Source: Armatimonadota bacterium (GTDB lineage: Bacteria > Vulcanimicrobiota > JACPDS01 > JBDRKI01). Taken from it: a DNA stretch of 64,000 bases. The stretch spans positions 1-64,000 of the forward strand of contig JBDRKI010000055.1 of the NCBI GenBank assembly GCA_043814095.1, read 5' to 3'. Positions 38,902-48,381 of this stretch are shown here, one piece after another (positions within the stretch are counted from its first letter, which is position 1; each line of letters starts with the position of its first letter). Both the position numbers and the translations under genes were made by a program. The notes beneath the pieces were generated by a model, which was given only the letters and a program-made list of their open reading frames with translations, did no database searches and had not been told where the DNA came from.

Positions 38902-39645
38902 ATGAATTTTGACAATATTTTTAAATTTAAAACCGAAGAAGAAAACAAAAAAGATACTATCTCTCTAAGCCTGCCCATGTGGAACAAAGAAGAGACAGAG
39001 GAAGAAGAATCCCGGACGGCAGATCCTGTTAAGTCCGAAGAAAACTTAAAAAGCAGTACGGTCAAACCGGGTACAATCGGTTCTGCTTTTGAAAGAATTG
39101 AAACATCGCGCTTTAAGGGATTGCCGAAATTCAAACCGTTTAACGAAAGAATAACAACCGATATGCAGGAAAAGATTTTAAAAGACCCGACTTTCCCGCA
39201 GGTTTCCAAGGCCTTCGCGGACAAGCTTGCCGAGAAAATAACCAATGATTCCGATATAAAGGATGTCCTCTCCTGGCTTTTCCAGACCATAAGAATTTTT
39301 GAACTTAACTGCCCGCCGGACAGGCTCTTAAACGAAGCCAAAGACGCGGAAAACTTAGGCGAGCTTCTGCGCGCAAAATTAAGGTATCTTGACCTTTCGG
39401 TTCTTGCTCTTGTTGAAGGAGATTCAACCCAGCTTTCCAGCCTTATGCAGCGTCTCCATGAGATAACGCAAAAACAGATCTCCAGAAAAAGCTCTGCCGG
39501 CATTGAAGATTTATTCTTAAAAAGATTCTCTATCATATCAAACCAGCCGAGGGAAGTCATAAACCTTATAAATGAAAATTACCCCAAATATGAAGAAGAA
39601 CTGGTAAGATACTTAGAGCACAGTCTTATTAAATCCAAAAAATAG
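38902..39645 (+). CDS. Hypothetical protein
   Basis: RBS AGGAGG; 247-aa ORF. Confidence 0.65.
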   Translation: MNFDNIFKFKTEEENKKDTISLSLPMWNKEETEEEESRTADPVKSEENLKSSTVKPGTIGSAFERIETSRFKGLPKFKPFNERITTDMQEKILKDPTFPQVSKAFADKLAEKITNDSDIKDVLSWLFQTIRIFELNCPPDRLLNEAKDAENLGELLRAKLRYLDLSVLALVEGDSTQLSSLMQRLHEITQKQISRKSSAGIEDLFLKRFSIISNQPREVINLINENYPKYEEELVRYLEHSLIKSKK

Positions 39646-39660
39646 ATATAAAGTGCCAAT

Positions 39661-39702
39661 TAGGTTAAAAAAAAAGACTGTTCGTTTTGAACGGTCTTTT
39701 TT
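39661..39702. terminator. Bidirectional terminator, near-identical to the cassette 2 terminator
   Basis: taggtt-aaaaaaaaagactgttc-gtttt-gaacggtctttttt. Confidence 0.75.
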
Positions 39703-39713
39703 AACTTTATAAC

Positions 39714-39955
39714 TTACGGAAGTTTTTTCTTAACAAATTCAAGAAATCTTTCACAATCTTTTAATACTTTTTCCGCTTCAGATCTGTAAACCAGCCGTTC
39801 TTCATATTCGACCATATTCTTGATACGGAGAACTCTGACAATCCTGGCGGCGTTTGTATTTATCTCATCATCTTCGGTTTCGATTGTCTTAAAAAATTTA
39901 GCGGCATCATTATGATTTTCTCCCGCATGGCGCTTGCCCAAAAAGTATACACATA
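39714..39955 (-). pseudogene. 5'-truncated HEPN-like toxin remnant
   Basis: Reads ICVYFLGKRHAGENHNDAA...KNMVEYE...AEKVLKDCERFL with no proper start or RBS; sits directly behind a promoter. Confidence 0.55.
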
Positions 39956-40023
39956 TGTAACATATATGTTACAAGTGTAACATATAATATAAAGAATTGT
40001 CAAATTATCTCTTATTTTCGGTT

Positions 40024-40107
40024 AAAAATACTCCTTTTGGCACCTTTCTTCACCAAAAATTACCCCATTTGACCTATATCCGTATACGCGGGGGGGGGGG
40101 GTATAAT
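40024..40107 (+). promoter_or_regulatory. Conserved cassette promoter, copy 3, with G12 tract (40090-40101)
   Basis: aaaaatactccttttgg...ttgacctatatccgtatacgc-G12-tataat. Confidence 0.85.
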
Positions 40108-40198
40108 ATAGATGGGAAGAGGAAACAAGGTTTCTTATAACTGGTATTTTATGGTAAAAAGCCATTAAATAAAACAAAAAGAAAGGAGGTTAACCCGG

Positions 40199-40675
40199 GT
40201 GAAAAAACTACTTATAGCACTTGTAGCAATAGCATTTCTAGCAGGAGCGGCATTTGCAGGTACTACAGATACGCAAACAATCTATTATGAGATTGATGCG
40301 ATAAATGAGATTGTTTTTGATGCAGACTTAACATTAACAATAGACTCAGCAACAGCGGGTTCAGAGCCGGATCAAGATTTTGATAATGACATGACCTATA
40401 ATATTACTACCAATGAAACAGCCGGTAAGAAAATAACTGCCGCAATTAACGCAAATATGCCGGCCAATACAACTCTTACGGTATACTTAAACAATCCACC
40501 CGGAGGTGAGACTCAAATGTGGAAGTATTTGAACACTACTGCACAAGATGTGGTAAAGAGTATTGAAACAGTAACGGGGAGTCCCTCCTATATGGTCCTT
40601 GTAAATGCTAAAGTCGCAGCCGGACTACCGGCGGATGGTTCGAGGGTTATAACCTTTACATTATGTGACGAATAA
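40199..40675 (+). CDS. Secreted pilin-like protein, cassette paralog 3
   Basis: Same signal peptide and conserved blocks; RBS AAGGAGGT, GTG start. Confidence 0.8.
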   Translation: MKKLLIALVAIAFLAGAAFAGTTDTQTIYYEIDAINEIVFDADLTLTIDSATAGSEPDQDFDNDMTYNITTNETAGKKITAAINANMPANTTLTVYLNNPPGGETQMWKYLNTTAQDVVKSIETVTGSPSYMVLVNAKVAAGLPADGSRVITFTLCDE

Positions 40676-40697
40676 ACAGATATTTTAAGTTAGTGTT

Positions 40698-40734
40698 AAA
40701 AAAGAGGCTGTTCAAAACAAACAGCCTCTTTTTT
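40698..40734 (+). terminator. Bidirectional terminator of cassette 3
   Basis: aaaaaagaggctgtt-caaaaca-aacagcctctttttt. Confidence 0.8.
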
Positions 40735-40754
40735 ATTCCCTTATTTATATATTA

Positions 40755-41088
40755 TTATCCCGGGGTTGATATTATCTGCCCGTCACGCAGTATAAGGGTT
40801 CTGTGCGCTATCTGCGACAGGATTGTGTCGTGTGTTACTATTATAAATGTCTTGCTGGGTCTCCCTGTTTAATCTTTTTATTAAATCAGCCAGCTTATGG
40901 CTGTTCTCTGTATCAAGCTCACCCGTGGGTTCATCCGCTATAATTATCTCCGGATTATTGATAAAAACCCTGGCTATAGCAACACGCTGGGCTTCCCCTC
41001 CGGAGAGCTGGGACCATTGAAAATTAATCCGGTCCTTCAATCCTACAAGCTCCAGAAGTTCTGCCGCCTGCATCATTCTCTGTTTTCT
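40755..41088 (-). pseudogene. Duplicated, frameshifted 3' half of the ABC ATPase at 42843-43523
   Basis: Highly similar DNA to about 42843-43176, with one extra T near 40852 (gtcttgctgg vs gtctgctgg); no 5' half. Confidence 0.85.
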
Positions 41089-41156
41089 GGGATTTAAAAA
41101 CGCCTGTACAAAAATAATCCGCAGGGAATTGAGGTGTCTGACACCAATAAGTTTAA

Positions 41157-42314
41157 TTAAAATATTTCAGTTTTTTCCGGGTTAAGCCCCAATAAAAATT
41201 CTTCGCATGGAATACACAATATATTATCTTTTAGTACCCGCTCTTTGCCCCTATAAATCAGATAAGCCGAACTTTCGGGATAATCTTCTTTAAAAGTTTT
41301 TAGAGCCCTTAAGTCTTTCGGATTAATATTGGCTGTATTTTTTACTTCAATAGCCCAAAATACTTCTTCACCGTAAACTACAAAATCCACTTCCGTTCCT
41401 GCCGCAGTTCTCCAGAAATAAATTTTATTTTTCTCGTTCCTGTAGGAATTCCACGCCATCAGGTGCTGAGCGACCAATCCCTCAAGGGCGCATCCGTCAA
41501 TTTCTTGAGGCCTGTCCAGCGGCCCCGACGGACGCAGCGAACGGAAAATTCCGGCATCAAAATAATAAAATTTGGAATGCGCAACAAGGCTTCGTTTCGC
41601 GCGCTTTGTAAATATCGGCAAATAAAATGACAGCAATAGGTCTTCCAATATAGATATGTATCCTTCAACCGTTTTTCTTTCAACTTGGCACTCTCTGGAA
41701 ACATTTGTCACATTAAGCAAGGAAGCGTGTGAAAAACTAATTGCTTCTAAAAATCTCGAGAAATTGCCGATATTCCTGACAAGCCCTTCCATTTTTACTT
41801 CTTCTTGAACATATAAAGCCGCGTAGGTTCTTAAAACGCTAATGGGATCGGCCGCTGAGACCACAAGCGGCAAGAGTCCGTATTTAAGCGCTTTGTTTAA
41901 ATTGAATTTTTGTCCCATTTCCGCGGCCATAAAAGGATGCAATGTCTTTTTTACGGCTCTGCCGGCGAGTAAATCAGTGCCGGTTTTTTTAATTTTACGG
42001 GAACTTGAGCCGGTCAGAATAAAACGAATTTTGGTTTTTCTTTCTATAAGCAGATGAACAACGCTTAAGAGTTCGGGAATTTTTTGTATCTCATCTATTA
42101 TGATGGTTCTTTTATCCGTATAAGTTGCGGCAATTTCGGTCAGGCGTTCGGGGCGCGCGCTATAAGAGCGGAATGTTTCGGGTTCAAGTAAATCTATCCA
42201 AATACCTTCGGGACAAACATGTCTAAGCCAAGTTGATTTTCCTGTCCCGCGGGGCCCCAACAGAAAAAAACTATCATGAGGAAGTTTAAAAAATCTTGGA
42301 ATCAAAGTTTCCAT
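41157..42314 (-). CDS. AAA+ ATPase with DUF4143 domain
   Basis: GPRGTGKST, IIIDEIQK, LTGSS, KFYYFDAG, EVDFV...IEVK. Confidence 0.9.
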   Translation of the reverse strand: METLIPRFFKLPHDSFFLLGPRGTGKSTWLRHVCPEGIWIDLLEPETFRSYSARPERLTEIAATYTDKRTIIIDEIQKIPELLSVVHLLIERKTKIRFILTGSSSRKIKKTGTDLLAGRAVKKTLHPFMAAEMGQKFNLNKALKYGLLPLVVSAADPISVLRTYAALYVQEEVKMEGLVRNIGNFSRFLEAISFSHASLLNVTNVSRECQVERKTVEGYISILEDLLLSFYLPIFTKRAKRSLVAHSKFYYFDAGIFRSLRPSGPLDRPQEIDGCALEGLVAQHLMAWNSYRNEKNKIYFWRTAAGTEVDFVVYGEEVFWAIEVKNTANINPKDLRALKTFKEDYPESSAYLIYRGKERVLKDNILCIPCEEFLLGLNPEKTEIF

Positions 42315-42531
42315 ATTAAGTCCAAAAAAGGAATTAGTGTTTCCATAAATATACCATAAAATATTGTGCCTGTCAAACGAAAAAATAAAAAAACAGAACA
42401 CCTTGAATAGGTATGTTTTCAAATTTTTCGTCATTGATAAACTGAAAATCCGTAACTCTTTTTAGTGGATTAAAAACAGCTGTGTCTAATGGATATAAAC
42501 TTTGATTTTACTCTATGACAAAATAATGGCA

Positions 42532-42780
42532 AAAACAGACAAAAAGATAACTGCAGCGCTTAATGCAAATATGCCAACTAATACCAACCCGACAACATAC
42601 CTGACCGCAACTAATGGCGAAGTAACCCTTGATTCTACAGCTCAAAGCGTGGTTTATAGTGTCGAAACCTTGGCAGAATCGCACATTACTTATAGTGTGA
42701 GTTTAAATGCAACAGTTTCAGCCGGTTTGCCTGCTGACGGTTCAAGAGTTATAAAATGGACATTAACGGATAAAAGTTAG
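42532..42780 (+). pseudogene. 5'-truncated pilin-like paralog 5 (no promoter or signal peptide)
   Basis: KKITAALNANMP...VETLAES...VSAGLPADGSRVIKWTLTD; short deletion at the stop codon; cassette tail aagttagtgttaaaaaa and a degraded terminator follow. Confidence 0.8.
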
Positions 42781-42842
42781 TGTTAAAAAAAGAGGATGTT
42801 CAAAACAAACAGTTTCTTTTTTATTCCTTTATTTATATATTA

Positions 42843-43523
42843 TTATCCCGGGGTTGATATTATCTGCCCATCGCGCAGTATAAGGGTGCGGTGTGCTATC
42901 TGCGACAGGATCGTGTCATGTGTTACTATTATAAATGTCTGCTGGGTCTCCCTGTTTAATCTCTTTATTAAATCAGCCAGCTTATGGCTGTTCTCTGTAT
43001 CAAGCTCTCCTGTGGGTTCATCTGCTATAATTATCTCCGGATTATTGATAAAAGCCCTGGCTATCGCAACGCGCTGAGCTTCACCTCCGGAGAGCTGTGA
43101 CCATTGAAAATTCATTCTGTCTTTTAATCCTACAAGCTCCAGAAGCTCTGCCGCCTGCATCATCCTCTGTTTTCTCGGAATATTTAAATATTTAAGCGGT
43201 AGTGCCACATTCTCTATTGCTGTCATGTGCTGAATAAGATTAAACTGCTGGAATATAAAGCCGAACTTCTCTCTTCTGAATATGGGAAGTTCTTCTTCTT
43301 TTAAGGATGTCATCTCCGTGCTCTCAAGATATACCTTGCCGAATGAAGGCTTGTCAAGACAGCCTATGATATTAAGAAGGGTGGTCTTGCCACTGCCCGA
43401 CCTGCCCCATATGCAGAGTATCTCTCCTTTTTTAACCTCAATATTAACGCCTTTAAGGGCCCAGACTTCATTAACTCCCCTGTAAAACACCTTGCTTATA
43501 TTTACTGTTTTTAAAATATACAT
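42843..43523 (-). CDS. ABC transporter ATP-binding protein (LolD/MacB type)
   Basis: GRSGSGKTT, LSGGEAQRVAIARA, ADEPTG, VTHD. Confidence 0.92.
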   Translation of the reverse strand: MYILKTVNISKVFYRGVNEVWALKGVNIEVKKGEILCIWGRSGSGKTTLLNIIGCLDKPSFGKVYLESTEMTSLKEEELPIFRREKFGFIFQQFNLIQHMTAIENVALPLKYLNIPRKQRMMQAAELLELVGLKDRMNFQWSQLSGGEAQRVAIARAFINNPEIIIADEPTGELDTENSHKLADLIKRLNRETQQTFIIVTHDTILSQIAHRTLILRDGQIISTPG

Positions 43524-43543
43524 TACATACTCCCGAGTTGTAA

Positions 43544-44680
43544 CTATCTTTTTATTGCTTTTATAGGATCAATACTCGCAGCCTGCCATGAAGGATACAG
43601 CCCTGACAAGACGCCTATACAGACTGACCACAATAATGACAGAACCAGAAGCCGCACGGTAATCTCAAATAACGATATGCCGAAAGTTGATATATAGTGT
43701 TCAAATATTTTGATAAAAAGGCTCCCTAAAAGAGTTCCTAAAATCCATCCCGCAATGGATAAAAACATTGCTTCATAAAGGTATTCCTGCATAATCTGGA
43801 CAGAAGAGGCCCCTATGGCCTTTTTTAATCCGATCTCTGGTATTCTGTCATTGACGGCTATTAATAATGTCATTATTATGCAGAGCGCTCCCGTTATGGC
43901 GGCAAGCATGGAAGCACCCAGGGTTATAAAATTCCAGACCACCAGGCTCCTTGCCAGATGGTTCTCAAAATCAGACGGGGTAACAACCTCCACATTGGGC
44001 ACCTTGTTCTTAATGCTTCTTGCCAGCTGATCAAGATTAACGCCTGCTTCAGGCTTAACCACTATGGCGGTAATAAACCCTTCCCTTGAGGATATAGCCT
44101 GGGCGACCTTCAAAGGAACAATAACATGCCTGTCTTCTATAGAGCCGGTTTTTTTCATAATGCCCTTTACAAGAAAGGGGTAATTATTCAGGGTGATTTT
44201 TTCATTTTCTTTCTTATCATTCTGCCTTGCGATATCCCAACCTATAGTTGCCTCATAAGTATCCTCTTTATCAATCCATAGGCCGTTTGACAGAAGATAT
44301 CTTCTGTCATAGAGCGTGTCAACGGAAGACGGGTCTATACCGACTAAAACTTCCGGCGACCCCATAACCATAAACTGCTTCCTTGCGAGAGGAACAACTT
44401 CTATGGGTACGGTTGAGGCAACGCCCTCTACCTTGCCTACCTCAGAAAGCTTGCTCTGATGGAGCAGTCCTTCACCGTACCAGAAGTCCGGTTTCTCGCA
44501 TACAAAGAGCTTCCCCGCGAAAATATTCTTATAATGCTTGCCCAGCAGGTTAAAATGCTCCGCCATGGCGCCCATAACCAGCAAAGAAAAGACGCCTACG
44601 GCTACCCCTATAATAGTAAAAACAGTACGGGTTTTCCTGCTTAATAAATGCTGTATAACTTCTAACATATTTCTCTCCAC
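43544..44680 (-). CDS. ABC transporter permease (MacB/FtsX type)
   Basis: EIGLKKAIGA and GLYPSWQAA..DPI motifs. Confidence 0.9.
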   Translation of the reverse strand: MERNMLEVIQHLLSRKTRTVFTIIGVAVGVFSLLVMGAMAEHFNLLGKHYKNIFAGKLFVCEKPDFWYGEGLLHQSKLSEVGKVEGVASTVPIEVVPLARKQFMVMGSPEVLVGIDPSSVDTLYDRRYLLSNGLWIDKEDTYEATIGWDIARQNDKKENEKITLNNYPFLVKGIMKKTGSIEDRHVIVPLKVAQAISSREGFITAIVVKPEAGVNLDQLARSIKNKVPNVEVVTPSDFENHLARSLVVWNFITLGASMLAAITGALCIIMTLLIAVNDRIPEIGLKKAIGASSVQIMQEYLYEAMFLSIAGWILGTLLGSLFIKIFEHYISTFGISLFEITVRLLVLSLLWSVCIGVLSGLYPSWQAASIDPIKAIKR

Positions 44681-44808
44681 ACATTGTCTTATATTATTAA
44701 AATTATTATTACTTGCAGGAGAAAAAACTCCTCCCTAGAAATAATTTATGATTAGTCCTAATTATATACAAATACTTGTGATATTACAAGATATTCAGGA
44801 AGTAACTT

Positions 44809-45357
44809 ATGCGCAAAATGAAAGTGGATAAATTAGGGATAGATCTTATTACAAGGGATCCCGTTGTAATACTTAAAGATGTTGAATCTCAGAGATATCT
44901 CCCCATACTTATAGGCCCTTTTGAAGCTACCGCCATAGCTCTCGCGCTTGAAGGAACGCCCGTGCCCAGGCCTCTTACCCATGACCTTATGAGATCAATT
45001 ATAGATTCGGTGGGAGCAAAAGTCCTGCGTGTAGTCATAGCCGACATACAGGATAACACTTTTTACGCTAAAATCGTCATAGAAAGTAACTCTAATATTA
45101 TAGAAGTAGACGCAAGACCCTCAGACAGCATAGCATTATCATTAAGAACCAATGCGCCTATTTACGTATCCGAAAAAATAATACTTGAAGAAAGCATCAT
45201 TGATAAAGAAAGCGAAGATCAGGATTACAGAAAATTCAAAAAATATCTGGACAATTTAAAACCTGAAGATTTTTCGGGAGAAGAAGGAGAAGAGGAAGGG
45301 AAAAAAGATAAAAAAGACAAAAAAAACAAAAAAGATAAAGACAAAGATAAAGAATAA
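44809..45357 (+). CDS. Bifunctional nuclease family protein (DUF151)
   Basis: LPILIG.FEA.AI, PRPLTHDL, DARPSD. Confidence 0.9.
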   Translation: MRKMKVDKLGIDLITRDPVVILKDVESQRYLPILIGPFEATAIALALEGTPVPRPLTHDLMRSIIDSVGAKVLRVVIADIQDNTFYAKIVIESNSNIIEVDARPSDSIALSLRTNAPIYVSEKIILEESIIDKESEDQDYRKFKKYLDNLKPEDFSGEEGEEEGKKDKKDKKNKKDKDKDKE

Positions 45358-45447
45358 CAAAAAAGCAGGATTCCAAATTAACAATACATAAATAAAAATC
45401 ATCCAGTACCTGGATGATTTTTTTACAAGCTTTACAGGAGGCATAAA

Positions 45448-46239
45448 ATGACAGAAAAATGCGATATAGGGATATTCGGGGGATCGGGTTTTTACTCTCT
45501 TCTTACAGATGTAAAAGAAATAGATGTGGAAACCCCGTTCGGCAGACCAAGTGATAAAATAGCCGTAGCTAAGATAAAAGATAAAACAGTGGCTTTTTTG
45601 CCCCGCCACGGCAAAGGCCATAATTTTCTTCCCCATATGATAAATTACCGCGCGAATATATGGGCATTCAAAGAACTGGGCATAAAAAGAATTATCGCTC
45701 CGGCGGCCTCGGGAAGCCTGCAGAAAGACATAAAACCGGGTGAATTTGTAATATGCGACCAGTTTATAGACAGAACAAAAAACAGGAAAGACACCTTTTA
45801 TGAAGGCCCTCCCGCGACACACATAAGCGCGGCAGATCCTTACTGCCCCGCCCTGAGAGACCAGGCATCCAAAACAGCGGATACTCTCGGTATCCCGCAC
45901 CATAAAAAGGGCACAATGGTGGTAATACAGGGCCCCAGATTCTCAACAAGGGCGGAAAGCAAGTGGTTTGCCCAAATGGGATGGGAAGTCGTAAATATGA
46001 CCGGATACCCCGAAGCGATTCTCGCGCGTGAAGCCGAAATCTGCTACGCGAACATATCCCTTATAACGGACTATGATGTGGGACTTGAAGGAATGCCTCC
46101 GGTAACCGCCCAGGAAGTCCTGGAAATATTCAAGGAAAACAATGAAAAAGTTAAAGAACTCCTGCTTAAGCTCATAGAGGATATGCCTCAGGAAATTGAA
46201 TGCTCCTGCCATAAGGCTTTAGCAGGGGCCAGATTTTAA
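45448..46239 (+). CDS. mtnP: S-methyl-5'-thioadenosine phosphorylase
   Basis: GGSG, LPRHG, GPRFSTRAES, TDYD. Confidence 0.9.
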   Translation: MTEKCDIGIFGGSGFYSLLTDVKEIDVETPFGRPSDKIAVAKIKDKTVAFLPRHGKGHNFLPHMINYRANIWAFKELGIKRIIAPAASGSLQKDIKPGEFVICDQFIDRTKNRKDTFYEGPPATHISAADPYCPALRDQASKTADTLGIPHHKKGTMVVIQGPRFSTRAESKWFAQMGWEVVNMTGYPEAILAREAEICYANISLITDYDVGLEGMPPVTAQEVLEIFKENNEKVKELLLKLIEDMPQEIECSCHKALAGARF

Positions 46240-46255
46240 ATAAAAGAGGTGCGGT

Positions 46256-47677
46256 ATGAAAATTATATACCTTTCATCCGAAGCAGTACCATTTGCCAAA
46301 GTCGGCGGTCTTGCTGATGTAGCGGGATCTTTGCCTTGTGAGATATCAAAACTCGGCCATGATATAATTGTACTTATGCCCAGATACAAAACCATAGACA
46401 TTAAAAAATTTAAACTTAAAAAAACCGGAGTAAAATTTGATGTGGAAATAGCGGGTGTAAAATACAACTGCGGACTTACCGAAGGCAGACTCCCCGCATC
46501 AAAAGTTAAAGTATATTTTATAGAAAATAAAAAAGTATTCGGCTCTGGCTCTGTTTACGACGGATGCGGTACACCTATAAAATTCTCCTTATTCTCTCAC
46601 GCGTCGCTTAAGGCCGTAAAATCGTTAAAATTCAAGCCTGATATTATAAACTGCAATGACTGGCATACAGGATTAACACCGCTGCTTTTAAAAAATGATC
46701 CTTTCTTTAAGAACACAAAAACAGTTATGACCATACATAACATAGGATACCAGGGAGAATTCCCCGTTAAAGACTTTAAATATACAGGTGTCCCTAAATC
46801 CGAAATAAACATATTTAAATACAAAAATAAGGTTAATTTCCTCAAGGCAGGCATATTATGCGCGGACGCGGTAAGCACGGTAAGCCCCACTTACGCGAAA
46901 GAGATACAGACAAGGAAGTACGGCCACGGCATGGAAAAATTCCTTAAATCAATTAAGGTATACGGCATATTAAACGGCGCTGATTACGAACACTGGAATC
47001 CGGAAAAAGATAAATATATTATAAAAAAATACAATAAGAAAACTGTAATAAACGGCAAAAAACTGTGCAAGAAAAACCTGCAGAAAGCATGCGAATTGAA
47101 AAATGAAGATAGTTTCATGATCGGCATGGTTACCCGCATGGTTGACCAGAAGGGTTTTGATATTTTATCAAAGGTAATTAATGATATATTAAAACTGGAC
47201 CTTCAGTTTATAATTCTTGCAACCGGCCAGCCTAATTATGAGAAACTTTTTACTAAATTGCAGAAAAAACATCCTGAAAAACTGAATATAAATCTAAAAT
47301 TTGATAATGAACTTGCTCATAAAATAGAAGCAGGCGCGGACGTGTTTCTTATGCCTTCCAGATATGAGCCCTGCGGTTTAAACCAGATATACAGCTTAAA
47401 ATACGGAACATCCCCCATAGTGAGAAAAACAGGAGGGCTTGCCGATACCGTAGTAAACTTTAACGAAAAGACCAATAAAGGAACAGGTTTTGTATTTGAT
47501 AAATATTCCGCAAAAGACCTTCTTAAATCGGTAAAAAGAGCGTATAAGTTATATCGCGATAAGAAAAAATGGGATAAGCTTGTCCAAAACGCTATGAATC
47601 AGGACTTTTCATGGAAAAGATCCGCTAAGGAATATATAAAGCTGTATAGGAAAATTATTTTACATTCTTGCAGATAA
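46256..47677 (+). CDS. glgA: Glycogen synthase
   Basis: KVGGLADV, NDWHT, MPSRYEPCGLNQ. Confidence 0.95.
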   Translation: MKIIYLSSEAVPFAKVGGLADVAGSLPCEISKLGHDIIVLMPRYKTIDIKKFKLKKTGVKFDVEIAGVKYNCGLTEGRLPASKVKVYFIENKKVFGSGSVYDGCGTPIKFSLFSHASLKAVKSLKFKPDIINCNDWHTGLTPLLLKNDPFFKNTKTVMTIHNIGYQGEFPVKDFKYTGVPKSEINIFKYKNKVNFLKAGILCADAVSTVSPTYAKEIQTRKYGHGMEKFLKSIKVYGILNGADYEHWNPEKDKYIIKKYNKKTVINGKKLCKKNLQKACELKNEDSFMIGMVTRMVDQKGFDILSKVINDILKLDLQFIILATGQPNYEKLFTKLQKKHPEKLNINLKFDNELAHKIEAGADVFLMPSRYEPCGLNQIYSLKYGTSPIVRKTGGLADTVVNFNEKTNKGTGFVFDKYSAKDLLKSVKRAYKLYRDKKKWDKLVQNAMNQDFSWKRSAKEYIKLYRKIILHSCR

Positions 47678-47799
47678 AATTATTCACTTTCCTTTTAATT
47701 TTTGCTTGTTCTTGACAAGAATTTTTACAAGATTGACAAAAACCTCAAAATACCGTAAACTTAAAGTAACTAAAAATAGTACTTTTGGGTGCATAAAAT

Positions 47800-48381
47800 A
47801 TGAAGGACAGCGGAATAGCCATTATTTTTAAAAGCAAGAACACCGTTTTTACCTCGCGCGATTTAGCTATATTATGGGGAATTAATAATTACGGTTATTT
47901 AAGATCCCGTATTGAATATTATATTAAAAACGGCTATCTTTACCGGATATATCACGGTCTTTATGCTAAAGACAGAAACAATTTTAATCTTTTTGAAGCC
48001 GCAAATAAATTACGTGTCCCTTCATATATAAGCCTTGAAAGCGTTCTTGCGTCAGAAAGCGTGATATTTCAAAAATATTCATCTGTCTTTCTGGTTTCAT
48101 ACGCCCCAAAAACAATTAAAATTGCTCATAGTGAATTTGTTTACAAAAAAATTAAGGATATAATTTTATTTAACCCTGCAGGAATCATAAATAAGGAGAG
48201 CTACTTCATCGCTTCAAAAGAAAGAGCTTTTTTAGACGCACTGTATTTATATAAAAATTACCACTTTGATAACCTGCGCCAAATAGACTGGAATAAAGTT
48301 GAAGAACTTCTGCCTGTTTATAATACGGCAGCTCTTAATAAACGAGTAAAGGAATATAGAAAAAATGCTGGATCAAAATAA
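47800..48381 (+). CDS. AbiEi-like antitoxin (type IV TA)
   Basis: N-terminal wHTH with GLY, SYISLES, ERAFLD; overlaps the AbiEii-like gene. Confidence 0.75.
   Translation: MKDSGIAIIFKSKNTVFTSRDLAILWGINNYGYLRSRIEYYIKNGYLYRIYHGLYAKDRNNFNLFEAANKLRVPSYISLESVLASESVIFQKYSSVFLVSYAPKTIKIAHSEFVYKKIKDIILFNPAGIINKESYFIASKERAFLDALYLYKNYHFDNLRQIDWNKVEELLPVYNTAALNKRVKEYRKNAGSK

Noticed and set aside
38811-39560. 249-aa minus-strand ORF and the many other short antisense ORFs in the track
   Set aside because: They are shadows of better-supported genes on the opposite strand that have an RBS or recognisable motifs
41133-41145. Short palindrome ggtgtc-t-gacacc resembling REP-like motifs
   Set aside because: Single occurrence in the window and no associated transposase
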